From Lachnospiraceae bacterium (GTDB lineage: Bacteria; Bacillota; Clostridia; Lachnospirales; Lachnospiraceae): a DNA stretch of 64,000 nucleotides. The stretch covers positions 2,525-66,524 of the forward strand of contig JAILOD010000104.1 in assembly GCA_024691015.1 (NCBI GenBank), written 5' to 3'. Below, piece by piece: positions 1-10,495 of the stretch. Within the stretch, counting starts at the first letter, position 1, and each line of letters opens with the position of its first letter. The notes under the pieces were generated by a model. The model was not told the DNA's origin. It did not search any database and was given only the letters and a program-made list of their open reading frames with translations. The position numbers and the translations under genes were made by a program.

Positions 1-948
1 GATATAGAGCTTATAGGAAAAATCTATAATGATTTTTATGAGAAGCTTGAAGGGATATTAAAGGAGTACGGATATATCGCATTGAATGCAGGCTGTCAGC
101 CTGTAAGCAATGTAAACGATCTGGAGCTTATTCCCAAAAGACGATACAGGCTTATGGATGCACATTTTCTTGAAAGCGGTACCGGCGGAAGAGAAATGAT
201 GCGGGGCAGTGCTTCAACCCAGGTATCGATAGACTATCTCTCGGAAGAGGATTTCAGACGAAAGATAAGAGCCGCATATTATTACGGGCCGTTTTTCAGA
301 CTGCTCCTTGATAATTCAACAAGCTTTCAGGGTGAGCGAGTTACCACCCATTTAAAAAGGACGGATATATGGCGGCGTGTGGACAATGATCGTTGCGGCA
401 TCCTGCCCGGAGTTTTTGATGAATCCTATGGTTTTTCGGATTACGCGGATTTTATCGGAAATATGAAGCCGATATTTTTAAAGAGAGGCCACGAGGTCAT
501 TCCCACCGGTGAGCAGACTGTTAAGGAAATCTTTAATGGGAAGAGTCTTGATGAGGTCGATCTGAATCATATTCTTTCGATGGCCTTTCCGGATGTAAGG
601 CTTAAGCATTTTCTGGAGATACGTTTTGCAGATTCCGTACAAGCAGAGTTTATTAAGGCCTATTGCGCACTCGTAAAAGGCCTGATATGCTCGGAGGAAG
701 GAATAGAATCTGCCGGAGAATGCATCAGAAAAGAAGGTGTAACAGAACAATCCCTGATAAAAGCAGAGGATGAGCTTATGAGAAATGGATGGGACGCTGT
801 TGTATACGGTAAGAATGTCAGGGAAAAGATTGAAGAGCTGATGGATTTAGCCCGCAGAAACCTCTCGGATAAAGACGGTTTATATCTTACTGCCTTTAAT
901 AACGTTATCCGCTATGGAGGCATTACAAATATGATCGCAGGGATTTGA
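1..948 (+). CDS. Glutamate--cysteine ligase family protein, 5' end outside window
   Basis: The frame is open from base 1, with no stop upstream of the tracked Met at 82. 'FPDVRLKHFLEIRFADS' resembles the xLExRxAD motif of gamma-glutamylcysteine ligases. An ATP-grasp ligase gene follows. Confidence 0.55.
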   Translation, partial: DIELIGKIYNDFYEKLEGILKEYGYIALNAGCQPVSNVNDLELIPKRRYRLMDAHFLESGTGGREMMRGSASTQVSIDYLSEEDFRRKIRAAYYYGPFFRLLLDNSTSFQGERVTTHLKRTDIWRRVDNDRCGILPGVFDESYGFSDYADFIGNMKPIFLKRGHEVIPTGEQTVKEIFNGKSLDEVDLNHILSMAFPDVRLKHFLEIRFADSVQAEFIKAYCALVKGLICSEEGIESAGECIRKEGVTEQSLIKAEDELMRNGWDAVVYGKNVREKIEELMDLARRNLSDKDGLYLTAFNNVIRYGGITNMIAGI

Positions 949-1072
949 ATATGGAATATGTCAGCTGAAGCTGATGCAAATCCCGCGTAAAGTCCCGCAA
1001 GCGAGACTTGAATTCGGAGTGAGCTTTAGGTAACCCGCAGAAATGCATTATATATCAGGAACGGAGAATAAT

Positions 1073-2416
1073 ATGAGACTGCAGGAAGAAGTATTTGAAA
1101 CCTACAAGGAACAGGTAAATGCTCACATGGAGGAAAACCGTGAGGGCGCACTGAAGGCGAAGGAGGCTCTGGAGAATTCGCCGCTTAATTTTAAGGGCGT
1201 AATGGACAAAACCATTCACATTCCCAAGGTATTTGACAGCGAAACAATTGATCATTTTAAAAAGATCGCATCTTTTACACATGGCATCTTTTCAAAGGTA
1301 ATAAAGGAGTACAGGGAAAACGCGGATTTCAGAAAGCTCTTTCCGTTCAGCAAAGAGCTGGAGGAGCTTATTCTTCTGCCGATCCCGTATGATGCATTGC
1401 TTCCCATAATGAGAATGGATCTTTTTTATCACGAGGATACCGGAGAGTTTAAATTCTGTGAGATAAATACTGACGGAACGGCTGCAATGATAAGGGATCT
1501 GGAAATGAGAAAGGTCCTTAATTACAACCCGGCTCATAATTATGTAAGCGAGAGATATGAGCTTGAGCCCTTCGAGCTTTTTGACTCCTGGGTAAAGACC
1601 TTTATGTCGCTTTATGAAACCTACCCGAAAAAGCGTGAAAACCCGAATGTTGCACTCGTGGATTTCCTTGAGAATGCGACTTACACGGAATTTGAAGAAT
1701 TTGAACGGCATTTTAAAGCAGCCGGCATCAATTGCGAGATCTGCGAGATACGTTCATTAAAGTATGAAGACGGAGTGCTGTATTCCGAAAAAGGAAACCG
1801 CATAGATGCCATATACAGAAGGGTTGTTACGGCGGATATAATGGATCATTATGACGAAGTCGGCGCACTGCTTGACGCAGTAAGAGATGACAGTGTCTTT
1901 ATTGCAGGCTCGTTTGCAACACAGGTCATCCATACAAAATGGCTTTTCTATGTGCTCCATCATGAGATGACGGAAAAATTTCTTACAGAGGAGGAGCTTG
2001 CTTTTGTAAAGAAGCATATACCTTTAACTCTGGAGTTCTCCTCGGAATATATTTCAATGGAAGAGGTTATATCAAATAAGGATAAATATATCCTGAAGCC
2101 CATGGATGCCTATGCTTCCAAGGGAATATACGCAGCGGGCAGAGAGCACGGGACGGCAGAGTGGGAAAAGATCGCAAAAGACCTGTACGGGAAGGGCTAT
2201 ATCTGCCAGGAATACTGCGAGCAGTATATGAAGGACAATATCGATTTCGGCTGGGGTGACGGAAAGTGGCACAAGTTTATAAATATGCCGGGACTTTACA
2301 CCTATAACGGTGAGTTTAAGGGAATTCTTATGAGAACGACCTGCGAGGAAAACATAATTACCGCTCACGATAACGAACGGACAATGCCGGTATTTCTGGT
2401 CAAAGGAAAAAAATAA
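1073..2416 (+). CDS. ATP-grasp ligase, glutathione / glutathionylspermidine synthetase-like
   Basis: GGAG at 1063-1066 lies 6 nt before ATG 1073, so this start is preferred over the tracked 1043. ATP-grasp-like segments include 'FCEINTDGTAAM' and 'ILKPMDAYASKGIY'. The gene is adjacent to the glutamate-cysteine ligase gene. Confidence 0.45.
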   Translation: MRLQEEVFETYKEQVNAHMEENREGALKAKEALENSPLNFKGVMDKTIHIPKVFDSETIDHFKKIASFTHGIFSKVIKEYRENADFRKLFPFSKELEELILLPIPYDALLPIMRMDLFYHEDTGEFKFCEINTDGTAAMIRDLEMRKVLNYNPAHNYVSERYELEPFELFDSWVKTFMSLYETYPKKRENPNVALVDFLENATYTEFEEFERHFKAAGINCEICEIRSLKYEDGVLYSEKGNRIDAIYRRVVTADIMDHYDEVGALLDAVRDDSVFIAGSFATQVIHTKWLFYVLHHEMTEKFLTEEELAFVKKHIPLTLEFSSEYISMEEVISNKDKYILKPMDAYASKGIYAAGREHGTAEWEKIAKDLYGKGYICQEYCEQYMKDNIDFGWGDGKWHKFINMPGLYTYNGEFKGILMRTTCEENIITAHDNERTMPVFLVKGKK

Positions 2417-2425
2417 TATAAGATC

Positions 2426-2459
2426 AAAAAGCTTCCGCACCTACTGCGGAAGCTTTTTT
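2426..2459. terminator. Bidirectional rho-independent terminator between convergent genes
   Basis: A-run, 9-bp stem GCTTCCGCA / TGCGGAAGC with a 5-nt loop, then a T-run. The stem overlaps the stop of the minus-strand gene. Confidence 0.75.
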
Positions 2460-3061
2460 ACGAAGCCGATCTCTTCTTTTACAAAGCCCATCTGTTTCAT
2501 ATATTCTTCGTGTCCCACGGATCTGCTGGAAAAGATCAGGGTGTTTATTCCGTAGTCGGGAAGATGTTTGTACAGGAATTTTCCAACGGAGGTATCCCTG
2601 TAGGCAGGTGTGGCATAGTCTATTAAAAGCATGATCACACCGTCGTCTATCTCGTTTCCCAGGAGGATACCCGCGGGAGTTGTATCACAGGTGACTACGT
2701 AGGCCTGGTCGCAGTCTACAGCCAGATCGATCGCCAGCTCGGGGAAAAATTTACTTATATCGCTGTAATAGTGATCGAGCAGATATCCCATCATTCCTTC
2801 ACCCGCTTTAACCTTAACAAGCTGGAAGTGCCTTTCTTTCTGGGAAAGACGGATAAGCTGTCTGATATTTATGATCACTATGCATAAATTCATAAGTGCC
2901 GTGGGATAGGAGTGGATTATAAGCGCATATACGGTGAAGATAATACTGCCGACGCTGTTTACCACACGGAGCTTTTTTACCGAGGTCATAAGCATTGATA
3001 CAACTACCAGTGCCGAACCCATATATCCCACCAGCTCAACTATTATCTTAGGATCTGTCAT
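2441..3061 (-). CDS. Membrane protein (YgjV-like N-terminal TM region) with C-terminal acetyltransferase-like domain
   Basis: Three hydrophobic helices fill the first ~75 aa. The soluble C-terminal half has a GNAT-like look. The assignment rests on pattern only. Confidence 0.35.
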   Translation of the reverse strand: MTDPKIIVELVGYMGSALVVVSMLMTSVKKLRVVNSVGSIIFTVYALIIHSYPTALMNLCIVIINIRQLIRLSQKERHFQLVKVKAGEGMMGYLLDHYYSDISKFFPELAIDLAVDCDQAYVVTCDTTPAGILLGNEIDDGVIMLLIDYATPAYRDTSVGKFLYKHLPDYGINTLIFSSRSVGHEEYMKQMGFVKEEIGFVKKLPQ

Positions 3062-3258
3062 AGTATTCCTTTCAATCAGAAAATCAGATAGAGGATCAGA
3101 AGTATTTTAACCGATTTAAATATATTTTAACACAAAGACGGTCAAGGGTTAATCCGGTTTTTGAGGCGGTAACCGGCTGTTTTTTTAATGTGTGGATATA
3201 TGCTATAATAAACCGGTAACCTTGTCAGACAGGACTTTCCTTTATAATTCAGAATTAT

Positions 3259-3900
3259 ATGATAGAAATAACAGATATAAAAAAATCATACGGCAAAAAA
3301 GAAATCCTTAAAGGGATAAATCTCCGGGTGCCTCCGGGAGAGATCTGCGCGATAACAGGCGGAAACGGAAGCGGAAAAACCACGCTTCTTCAGATCATGA
3401 GCGGGATAATAAAGCCTGACGAAGGAAGTGTAAAATACTTCGGACATGATATCAAAAAGGAAAAGGATACAGTCAGCAGGTTCTGCGGTTATCTTCCTCA
3501 GGAAAACCCTCTTATCGAGGAGCTTACCGTTCAGGATAATATAAGTCTGTGGAGCGGAAAACGGGGCAGACCTGAGCAGAAGATCATCGATTTCTTCAAC
3601 CTGGAGGACATCCTGAAAATGAAGGTGGGAAAGCTGTCCGGGGGTATGAAGCGGCGCGTTGCCATAGCCTGTACGGTGACGGACTGGCCGAGTGTCCTTT
3701 TGCTTGATGAACCCACCAATGCTCTTGATATTTATTATAAAAGAGAAGTAAGAAAGGTTATGAAGGATTACCTTTCACCCGGAGGAATACTGGTAATCGT
3801 AACTCATGATGAGGAAGAAGTGAAAATGAGCAATTCCGTCTATGAAATGAAAGACGGAAAGCTGTTTTGCAGGAAGAGAATTGATGAAAAGCATCTGTGA
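3259..3900 (+). CDS. ABC transporter ATP-binding protein
   Basis: Walker A 'GGNGSGKTT', signature 'LSGGMKRR' and Walker B 'LLLDEPT' are present. Confidence 0.9.
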   Translation: MIEITDIKKSYGKKEILKGINLRVPPGEICAITGGNGSGKTTLLQIMSGIIKPDEGSVKYFGHDIKKEKDTVSRFCGYLPQENPLIEELTVQDNISLWSGKRGRPEQKIIDFFNLEDILKMKVGKLSGGMKRRVAIACTVTDWPSVLLLDEPTNALDIYYKREVRKVMKDYLSPGGILVIVTHDEEEVKMSNSVYEMKDGKLFCRKRIDEKHL

Positions 3901-5129
3901 TCAGACAATGGTGGTTTGGTATGTTCAGTCGACTAATGCAATTACTGAGAATTGAATATAAGAGAACCGCCATTTCCTTTTTTCATATATTGCTGAGCCT
4001 TCTTCTTATGATGGTGGCGATTGGGGCCGTAACAATCGGTTCCGCATATCTTTACTACAGAAGTCAGAAGAACAAGCCGATCCAGATAGGTATAGCCGTA
4101 GAAGACGAAAGCGAGGAAATGGAACTGGCTCTGAAGCTTGTCACCTCGATGGGAGTGGTGAGAAACCTGTGTACCTTTATTGAAACCGATGAAGAAGGTA
4201 TATATGAAGGTGTTATCTCCGGTAAGCTGAGCGGCGGGATCATTCTGTCAAACAGCTTTCATATGGATATGAAAAACGGATTAAACACTCCGGCACGTAT
4301 CGTCCTTCCTGAGGAGGAAACACCGGGCACCGGTATTCTGGCGGGTGCCCTTTCTGCCGGAGTTTCAATGGTAGACACCGTAGGGGGCGGTATCCACGCG
4401 ATGAAGGATGCAGCCGCGGCATATGATGTGACATTGTCCGGAAACGGGCTGGAAGATATTATAATGGGGATCTATCAGGACTCTGTTTTAAAGCGAGGAG
4501 AGTTTTTTGATACCAGGGTTTTAAGTCCTCTGGGAGAATTCAGTATTTATGATTATTACACCTCCAGCGCGATAGTGATCGTAATAATGCTCTCGGGAAT
4601 ATATTTCGGCTTCCTTTTTACGGCACAGAACAGGGCCGTAGAAGACAAGCTGACCATTTACGGCATAAACGCCTTTTATACAGGGCTTATAAGGGTCGTG
4701 GTAATGACGGGCTTTGTATTCTTGACGGCACTTGTCCTGAGACTTGCCGCTTATATTGGTTTCAGCGCATTTAAAATAAATATAGACAGGTTAAGACCTT
4801 CGGACATATTGTGCCTTGTACCGGTAAGTATTTCGGTTGCCGCTTTATTCTATTTTATTTTCACCGTCGGAGAAGAAACGTACAGGTCGAGAATACTGCT
4901 ATTGTTGATCATAGTCATTATGCTGTTGTCAGGTGGCTTTTTTATACCTATTGAATATCTTCCGGAGTGGGGGAGGAAAATTTCATACATTCTTCCTGCA
5001 GCCCTGTACAGGAGCTTTTTACTTGAGGCCCAAAAGGGGGCTCTCAGGGCATCCACTTCTGCCGGAATTGTTTTCTATACGCTGCTTTTCTTTGCGGCGG
5101 GAATCGGGGTAAGATGGAAAAGGCACTGA
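3897..5129 (+). CDS. ABC-2-type transporter permease
   Basis: The GTG start overlaps the ATPase stop (GTGA). There is one N-terminal TM, a large extracytoplasmic loop and a C-terminal multi-TM bundle. Confidence 0.6.
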   Translation: MIRQWWFGMFSRLMQLLRIEYKRTAISFFHILLSLLLMMVAIGAVTIGSAYLYYRSQKNKPIQIGIAVEDESEEMELALKLVTSMGVVRNLCTFIETDEEGIYEGVISGKLSGGIILSNSFHMDMKNGLNTPARIVLPEEETPGTGILAGALSAGVSMVDTVGGGIHAMKDAAAAYDVTLSGNGLEDIIMGIYQDSVLKRGEFFDTRVLSPLGEFSIYDYYTSSAIVIVIMLSGIYFGFLFTAQNRAVEDKLTIYGINAFYTGLIRVVVMTGFVFLTALVLRLAAYIGFSAFKINIDRLRPSDILCLVPVSISVAALFYFIFTVGEETYRSRILLLLIIVIMLLSGGFFIPIEYLPEWGRKISYILPAALYRSFLLEAQKGALRASTSAGIVFYTLLFFAAGIGVRWKRH

Positions 5130-6166
5130 ACAGATATCTGCTTTTTTTAAAGGCAGCTATGAAAAAAAAGACGACATATTTAATGATCGCGGTTCTAACG
5201 GTCCTGTCGGTTATGCTCGTAAGTCTTGAAAAGCCCGATAAAAACAATGTGAGGGTTTTACTCTGCGGAAATGATGAGATGTCTGATATCATAATAGACG
5301 ATCTTGTAAGATCCTCCCCGGTTTTTAAATTCGAAAGAGCTGCAGATAAGGATACAGTATATAATGAGGTTAAGGAAAATAAAGCCGATTGCGGATTTGT
5401 TTTTTGTGAGGATTTCGGGAAAAAGCTTCAGAATGGCGAGGATACGGGAGTCATTGAAAATGTTATGACCCCTTACAGTGTAAAGGATGTGGTTGCGAGA
5501 GAACAGGTATATGCGGCCGTACTGAGGCACTATTCGGATGAGCTTCTTGATAACGGAACGGGGAATATCCTTACCGATGGCAGACTTTCTCCGGGTAATG
5601 AAAATGAGAATACCAAGGGCGTTAATGCAGAAGCTGACGGGATCTTTGATGTAGACTACGAATACGTAAAGACCGATAAAAAGTATAAGGAAATAAACGG
5701 CAAGGGCTTTATGAAGAAAGGAAAAGCACTTCCGGTACACGGAGTTCTGTCCTTAATGGTTGTCCTGATGATCCTGTTTTCGGATATGGAAAGCAAATTT
5801 AAAAAAGAATCTTTTTTCAGGATCAACAAGAAGATGAGAAGGTTACATAATCTTGCGTATGTTACACCGGTGGCATTGGCAGGCTTTGTAATGATCAGGA
5901 TTTTTGAAAATGTCACTCCTATATGGGTTGACATAATTGCGATAATTCTTCTGGTCAGACTGGCCATGACTTTTTCGATGATCTTCAGTTTTCCGTTTAA
6001 AAGAGAAGAAAGCATGATTTCAGCCATTCTTCTTTTTGTTATAATATCTTTAACTATCACACCGGTGCTTTATAATGTCGGTGATATTTTACCGGCAGCC
6101 ATGTACATCAGTGCTATAATGCCGAACGGTGCATATCTGGTCTGCATGGAGCTGGTTCTGTCATAG
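5114..6166 (+). CDS. Second permease-like membrane protein of the ABC-2 system
   Basis: Overlaps the upstream permease gene and shares its topology (N-terminal TM, loop, C-terminal TM bundle). Confidence 0.5.
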   Translation: MEKALNRYLLFLKAAMKKKTTYLMIAVLTVLSVMLVSLEKPDKNNVRVLLCGNDEMSDIIIDDLVRSSPVFKFERAADKDTVYNEVKENKADCGFVFCEDFGKKLQNGEDTGVIENVMTPYSVKDVVAREQVYAAVLRHYSDELLDNGTGNILTDGRLSPGNENENTKGVNAEADGIFDVDYEYVKTDKKYKEINGKGFMKKGKALPVHGVLSLMVVLMILFSDMESKFKKESFFRINKKMRRLHNLAYVTPVALAGFVMIRIFENVTPIWVDIIAIILLVRLAMTFSMIFSFPFKREESMISAILLFVIISLTITPVLYNVGDILPAAMYISAIMPNGAYLVCMELVLS

Positions 6167-6223
6167 AAGAGGGCGGATCGCAAGGGTTTTTCGTGACACA
6201 AACAGATTTTACGGAGAAATATA

Positions 6224-6559
6224 ATGGGAATGAAATTTTTTCCCGAACTCTATATGGGCGAAGGCCTTGAAGGGAAGGGTAAAAAATTGAAAAAGCGTCT
6301 TATGCATGGGCTTCTGACACCGGGAGTCTATCTTCTGACTTTGCCTCGTTACGGCTTCGGGATTCTGGAAATATACAGGGCAAAGGAGCTTAAGAAGGAT
6401 TTTTATCAGAAATATCCCCCTCTGATTATAGGCATGGCTTCCGATGAAACCGAGGCCTGGGAGCTTTCGGGGAAGATCGTTATGGAGGCATACGAGAAAA
6501 CAGGGAGCTTTAACGTAAGAGATTATCTTGCAGAAAAAATGAAAAAGGAGGAAGGGTGA
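6224..6559 (+). CDS. Hypothetical small protein
   Basis: Its stop overlaps the next gene's start (ATGA-type coupling), so it is preferred over the antisense ORF at 6209-6568. Confidence 0.4.
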   Translation: MGMKFFPELYMGEGLEGKGKKLKKRLMHGLLTPGVYLLTLPRYGFGILEIYRAKELKKDFYQKYPPLIIGMASDETEAWELSGKIVMEAYEKTGSFNVRDYLAEKMKKEEG

Positions 6560-7560
6560 TGGCGACATTTCTCTTAATCCTTAAGATAATCGGAATAGTA
6601 CTTCTGAGTATTCTGGGGCTTGTACTTTTGATTTTGTGCATGATACTCTTTCTTCCGTTTCACTATCGGATAGATGCACTCTTTGACAGCGAGCAGGAAA
6701 AGTACGAGGGGACGGCAAAGGTAACATATCTGTTTCATACTTTGAATGCAAGAGCAGAGGCCTCAAAGGAAAACGGGGTTTCGTATTTTGTGAAGGTTCT
6801 TGGCAGAACCATAATGAGCAGTGAGGATGAAGAAGATGAAGACGATGAGGAGTGGGATGAGGAACCAAAGCCCGCAGCCGGGGACAGGAAAAAAACAAAG
6901 ACCACACCGCCTGAAAACGATGCCTCCCTTGATGAATTCCTGAAGGAGGAAATGGAGAAACCAGAGATAAAATGGGAGGAGCCCGGATACGCCGGGGAAT
7001 ATAAGGAATTATGGGAAGAAGAGGATAAGGCCGATCTTATCCCGACACCCGAAGAGAAAAAGCAGACTCTTGGCGATAAGATCCGCTCGCTCACAGAAGC
7101 GGTAAAGAGAACATTCAATAAGGTCATAACCTCGTTTAAAAATATTGGCTACACAATTAAAGATGTGTGTGATAAAATCAAAAGAGCATTTAATCGGATC
7201 GACTATTACAGGGCACTGTTATCGCTGGAAAGCTCAAAAAAAGCGATCGAGGTTATCTTAAGAGAGGTTAAACGTCTCTTGTGGGCGATAAGGGCCAGAA
7301 AGCTTAAATGCTATTTAAACATTGGGCGGCCGGATCCGGCGGATACCGGAGAGCTTATCGGAAAGCTTTACGCCTTAAGTCCCATTATCGGCAAATATCT
7401 GGTTCTGGAACCGGATTTTGACAGGGAGGTTATGAACGGAACCTTTTTAATGAAGGGATATTTACAGCTTTATATAGTTCTTATATGTATCTGCAAGCTC
7501 TATTTCAATAAAAAGGTTATGCGTTTTTACAGAAGATTAAAACATGGTACCGACAAATAA
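6556..7560 (+). CDS. DUF2953 / YtfI-like sporulation-associated membrane protein
   Basis: It has an N-terminal TM and an acidic low-complexity linker. It sits immediately upstream of a YtfJ/GerW homologue, as in the ytfI-ytfJ pair of spore formers. Confidence 0.5.
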   Translation: MMATFLLILKIIGIVLLSILGLVLLILCMILFLPFHYRIDALFDSEQEKYEGTAKVTYLFHTLNARAEASKENGVSYFVKVLGRTIMSSEDEEDEDDEEWDEEPKPAAGDRKKTKTTPPENDASLDEFLKEEMEKPEIKWEEPGYAGEYKELWEEEDKADLIPTPEEKKQTLGDKIRSLTEAVKRTFNKVITSFKNIGYTIKDVCDKIKRAFNRIDYYRALLSLESSKKAIEVILREVKRLLWAIRARKLKCYLNIGRPDPADTGELIGKLYALSPIIGKYLVLEPDFDREVMNGTFLMKGYLQLYIVLICICKLYFNKKVMRFYRRLKHGTDK

Positions 7561-7575
7561 TTTCGGAGGTTTGAA

Positions 7576-7977
7576 ATGGCAGACATAAAAATGGATGAGT
7601 TTCTTGACAAAATGATGAAGGGAATGGGGTCCTTCCTTTCCACAAAGACGGTTGTGGGAGATCCCATACAGTTTGGAGAGACCATAATTCTTCCGCTGGT
7701 TGACGTGTCTTTCGGAATGGGAGCCGGAACAGGCGTAGACGACAAGAGCAACAAAGGCGGCGGCGGTATCGGCGGTAAGATGACTCCTTCAGCCGTGCTG
7801 GTTATCTCAAAGGGCGGAACAAAGCTGGTAAACGTTAAGAATCAGGATTCCGTTACAAAGATCCTTGATATGGTACCGGATTTAATAAACCGCTTCACAG
7901 AGCCGAAAGAAGGTGCTCCGGAGGTTACGGATTCCCAGGCTTTGGATATAGCTTTTGACAGAACGGAAAATAAATAA
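7576..7977 (+). CDS. ytfJ: GerW/YtfJ family sporulation protein
   Basis: 'VVGDPIQFGETIILPLVDVSFGMGAGTG...GGGGIGGKMTPSAVLVISKGG' matches the characteristic YtfJ/GerW pattern. Confidence 0.8.
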   Translation: MADIKMDEFLDKMMKGMGSFLSTKTVVGDPIQFGETIILPLVDVSFGMGAGTGVDDKSNKGGGGIGGKMTPSAVLVISKGGTKLVNVKNQDSVTKILDMVPDLINRFTEPKEGAPEVTDSQALDIAFDRTENK

Positions 7978-7986
7978 ATATTTTTC

Positions 7987-8015
7987 TTGCAATAATAAAG
8001 TCTTTCTGTTAAAAT
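7987..8015 (+). promoter_or_regulatory. Sigma-A-type promoter for rpmB
   Basis: TTGCAA, 17-nt spacer, TAAAAT, about 55 nt upstream of the rpmB start. Confidence 0.5.
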
Positions 8016-8070
8016 AGCTTCTGTTGCAGGTCTTTTGACCTGAGGAGTTTTGTTCAAGGAGGTGTTAATC

Positions 8071-8256
8071 GTGGCAAAATGTGCAATTTGTGGCAAGTCG
8101 GTTTTATTCAGAAACAACGTCAGCCATTCTCATAGAAGATCAAACCGCATTCTTAAGTCTAACATCAGACACGTAAGATGCAAAGTAAACGGCGTACCTA
8201 AGAAGTTATATGTTTGCAGCCGTTGCCTTCGTTCAGGCGCAGTTGAGCGTGCATAA
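8071..8256 (+). CDS. rpmB: 50S ribosomal protein L28
   Basis: AAGGAGG lies 8 nt before GTG 8071. 'AKCAICGKSVLFRNNVSHSHRRSNR' is the L28 N-terminal signature. Confidence 0.9.
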   Translation: MAKCAICGKSVLFRNNVSHSHRRSNRILKSNIRHVRCKVNGVPKKLYVCSRCLRSGAVERA

Positions 8257-8275
8257 TTTAATTATGGATCATTGT

Positions 8276-8304
8276 GGGCGGGTTTTTACCCGCTCATTTT
8301 TTTT
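8276..8304 (+). terminator. Rho-independent terminator after rpmB
   Basis: 7-bp stem GGGCGGG / CCCGCTC (one G-U pair), loop TTTTTA, then a T8 run. Confidence 0.65.
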
Positions 8305-8392
8305 ATTTAAGAAAGAGATGCCGCTGAATAAGCTGAATAACAATTATATTGATTAATGTGATATAATATCTACACTGACTTAAGAAAGGCAG

Positions 8393-8758
8393 GTGGTATT
8401 TGTGAAGGGAACAGTCAATACTGAACTGGGAAGCATTATTGTAGATAATGACGCAATAGCCCAGTATGCGGCTACGGAGGCTATGGAATGCTTCGGTATA
8501 GTAGGAATGGCAGCTGTATCGGTCAAGGACGGCCTTGTAAAGCTTCTGAAAAAAGAAAGTCTTACACGCGGCATAAATGTATCGGTTAATAACAACAGGA
8601 TATCAATAGATTTTCATGTGATAGTAGCCTATGGGGTCAGCATTAAGACTGTGGCGGCCAATCTTATGGAATCTGTTAAATATAAGCTGGAAACATATAC
8701 CGGCTTTGAAGTCGAAAAGATAAATATTTATGTGGAAGGGGTCCGGGTAATAGACTGA
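8393..8758 (+). CDS. Asp23/Gls24 family alkaline-shock protein
   Basis: 'GSIIVDNDAIAQYAATEAMECFGIVGM' is typical of the Asp23 N-terminus. It sits in the conserved rpmB-asp23-yloV-recG position. GTG 8402 is an alternative start. Confidence 0.8.
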   Translation: MVFVKGTVNTELGSIIVDNDAIAQYAATEAMECFGIVGMAAVSVKDGLVKLLKKESLTRGINVSVNNNRISIDFHVIVAYGVSIKTVAANLMESVKYKLETYTGFEVEKINIYVEGVRVID

Positions 8759-8783
8759 TCCGGATTATAAACGGTGATCAAAG

Positions 8784-10484
8784 TTGGTAATAAAGGAAAT
8801 AGATGCCAATGTTTTGGCACAATGCTTTATGGCAGGGGCCGGAAGCCTTATTTCAAAAAAAGACCTGATTAACGAATTAAATGTTTTTCCGGTGCCTGAC
8901 GGAGATACGGGAACAAATATGTCAATGACCATTACCGGTGCGGCCAAAGAGGTTGCCGCCTTAGGTGATGATTATAAGATGAAGGATGTCTGTAAGGCAA
9001 TATCCAACGGCTCGTTAAAAGGAGCCAGAGGAAATTCGGGAGTTATATTGTCACAGCTTCTCCGCGGTTTCACAAGAAAGGTTCAGGACTGTAAAACCAT
9101 AGATCTCATAACTCTTTCGGAGGCTATGACACAGGGCGTGGATACGGCATACAAGGCCGTAATGAAGCCGAAGGAGGGAACCATTTTAACCGTTGCCAGA
9201 GCTGCGGCAGATAAGGCTGAAGAACTGATAAAGGAAGATCCCGAAATGGAGCTTTCAGCCTTCTGCGAACAGGTTTTTGAATATACCCGGCAGGCTCTTG
9301 CAAATACACCCGAGCTGCTTCCGGTTCTGAAAGAGGCGGGAGTGGTGGACTCCGGCGGACAGGGGCTTCTTGAGGTATTCAGGGGTGCATTAAATGTTAT
9401 TCAGGGTAAAGAAGTCAGCTATGATTTCGAGCTTAAGGATATAAAAAGCTCCTCAGGTGCTCACGTTAATAAAGAGGCAATAGCAAACGCTGACATTAAA
9501 TTCGGATATTGCACCGAATTTATCATAAAGCTTGATAAAGAATTCAATGAAGGGACGGAACGCTCCTTTAAGGCATATCTTGAATCAATCGGAGATTCCA
9601 TTGTCTGTGTTTCCATGGACGATATCGTGAAAGTTCATGTTCATACGGATCATCCGGGGCAGGCTTTCGAAAAGGCTTTAAATTACGGCCAGCTCACAAA
9701 CATGAAGGTAGACAATATGCGTGAAGAGCATAACGAAAGGCTCTTTAACATGGGTGGAAGCAGGCCTGTTGAGATAAAGCTCGAGGAAGAAAAAAAGGAT
9801 AAAAACAGTAAAACAGACGAGAAAAAGGAATACGGTTTTGTCAGCGTTTCGGTAGGTGACGGCCTTAAAGAGATATTCGAAGCTCTCGGTTGTGACTGCA
9901 TCATAGAAGGCGGACAGACTATGAATCCGTCTACGGATGATATCCTTTCCGCTGTTGATAAGGTTAATGCAGATACCGTATTCATACTTCCAAACAATTC
10001 AAACATAATTCTGTCGGCCAATCAGGCGGCTGCTCTTTCCGATGGGAAACAGGTGATCGTTCTTCCGACAAAGAGTATTCCCGAAGGGATATGTGCTCTT
10101 ATAAACTTTATTCCGGAGCACGATACGGATGATAATATAAAAGAGATCATGCAGGCGGTAGGCCAGATAAAAACAGGGCAGGTTACCTATTCCGTAAGAG
10201 ACACCACGATAGACGGACAGAAGATAAAAGCCGGTGATTATATGGGCCTGGGTAATCATACGGTTATGAGTGTTGATGAAGACATGGAAAAGGCTGCTGA
10301 GGATCTTATCGGAGCCTTGATAGATCAGGACAGCGAGCTGGTTACGGTTTACTGCGGTAATGAGGTTTCCGATGAACAGGCCGATGCCTTAAAAGCAGAG
10401 CTTGAAGACAGATGGGGTGAGGTGGAATTTGAATTCCACAACGGAGGCCAGCCGGTTTATTACTATATAATTTCAGTTGAGTAA
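8784..10484 (+). CDS. yloV: DAK2 domain fusion protein (YloV family)
   Basis: The DAK2 motif 'VPDGDTGTNM' is present, with a C-terminal DhaL/DegV-like extension. Synteny with asp23 and recG supports the call. Confidence 0.85.
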   Translation: MVIKEIDANVLAQCFMAGAGSLISKKDLINELNVFPVPDGDTGTNMSMTITGAAKEVAALGDDYKMKDVCKAISNGSLKGARGNSGVILSQLLRGFTRKVQDCKTIDLITLSEAMTQGVDTAYKAVMKPKEGTILTVARAAADKAEELIKEDPEMELSAFCEQVFEYTRQALANTPELLPVLKEAGVVDSGGQGLLEVFRGALNVIQGKEVSYDFELKDIKSSSGAHVNKEAIANADIKFGYCTEFIIKLDKEFNEGTERSFKAYLESIGDSIVCVSMDDIVKVHVHTDHPGQAFEKALNYGQLTNMKVDNMREEHNERLFNMGGSRPVEIKLEEEKKDKNSKTDEKKEYGFVSVSVGDGLKEIFEALGCDCIIEGGQTMNPSTDDILSAVDKVNADTVFILPNNSNIILSANQAAALSDGKQVIVLPTKSIPEGICALINFIPEHDTDDNIKEIMQAVGQIKTGQVTYSVRDTTIDGQKIKAGDYMGLGNHTVMSVDEDMEKAAEDLIGALIDQDSELVTVYCGNEVSDEQADALKAELEDRWGEVEFEFHNGGQPVYYYIISVE

Positions 10485-10495
10485 AATTACGTAAA

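Noticed and set aside
999-1014. Exact 16-mer AAGCGAGACTTGAATT shared by two intergenic regions (999-1014 and 53723-53738), both just upstream of an RBS.
   Set aside because: Roughly 0.5 same-strand 16-mer coincidences are expected by chance in 64 kb (N^2/2 x 4^-16). The flanking sequence does not align, and there is no shared secondary structure.
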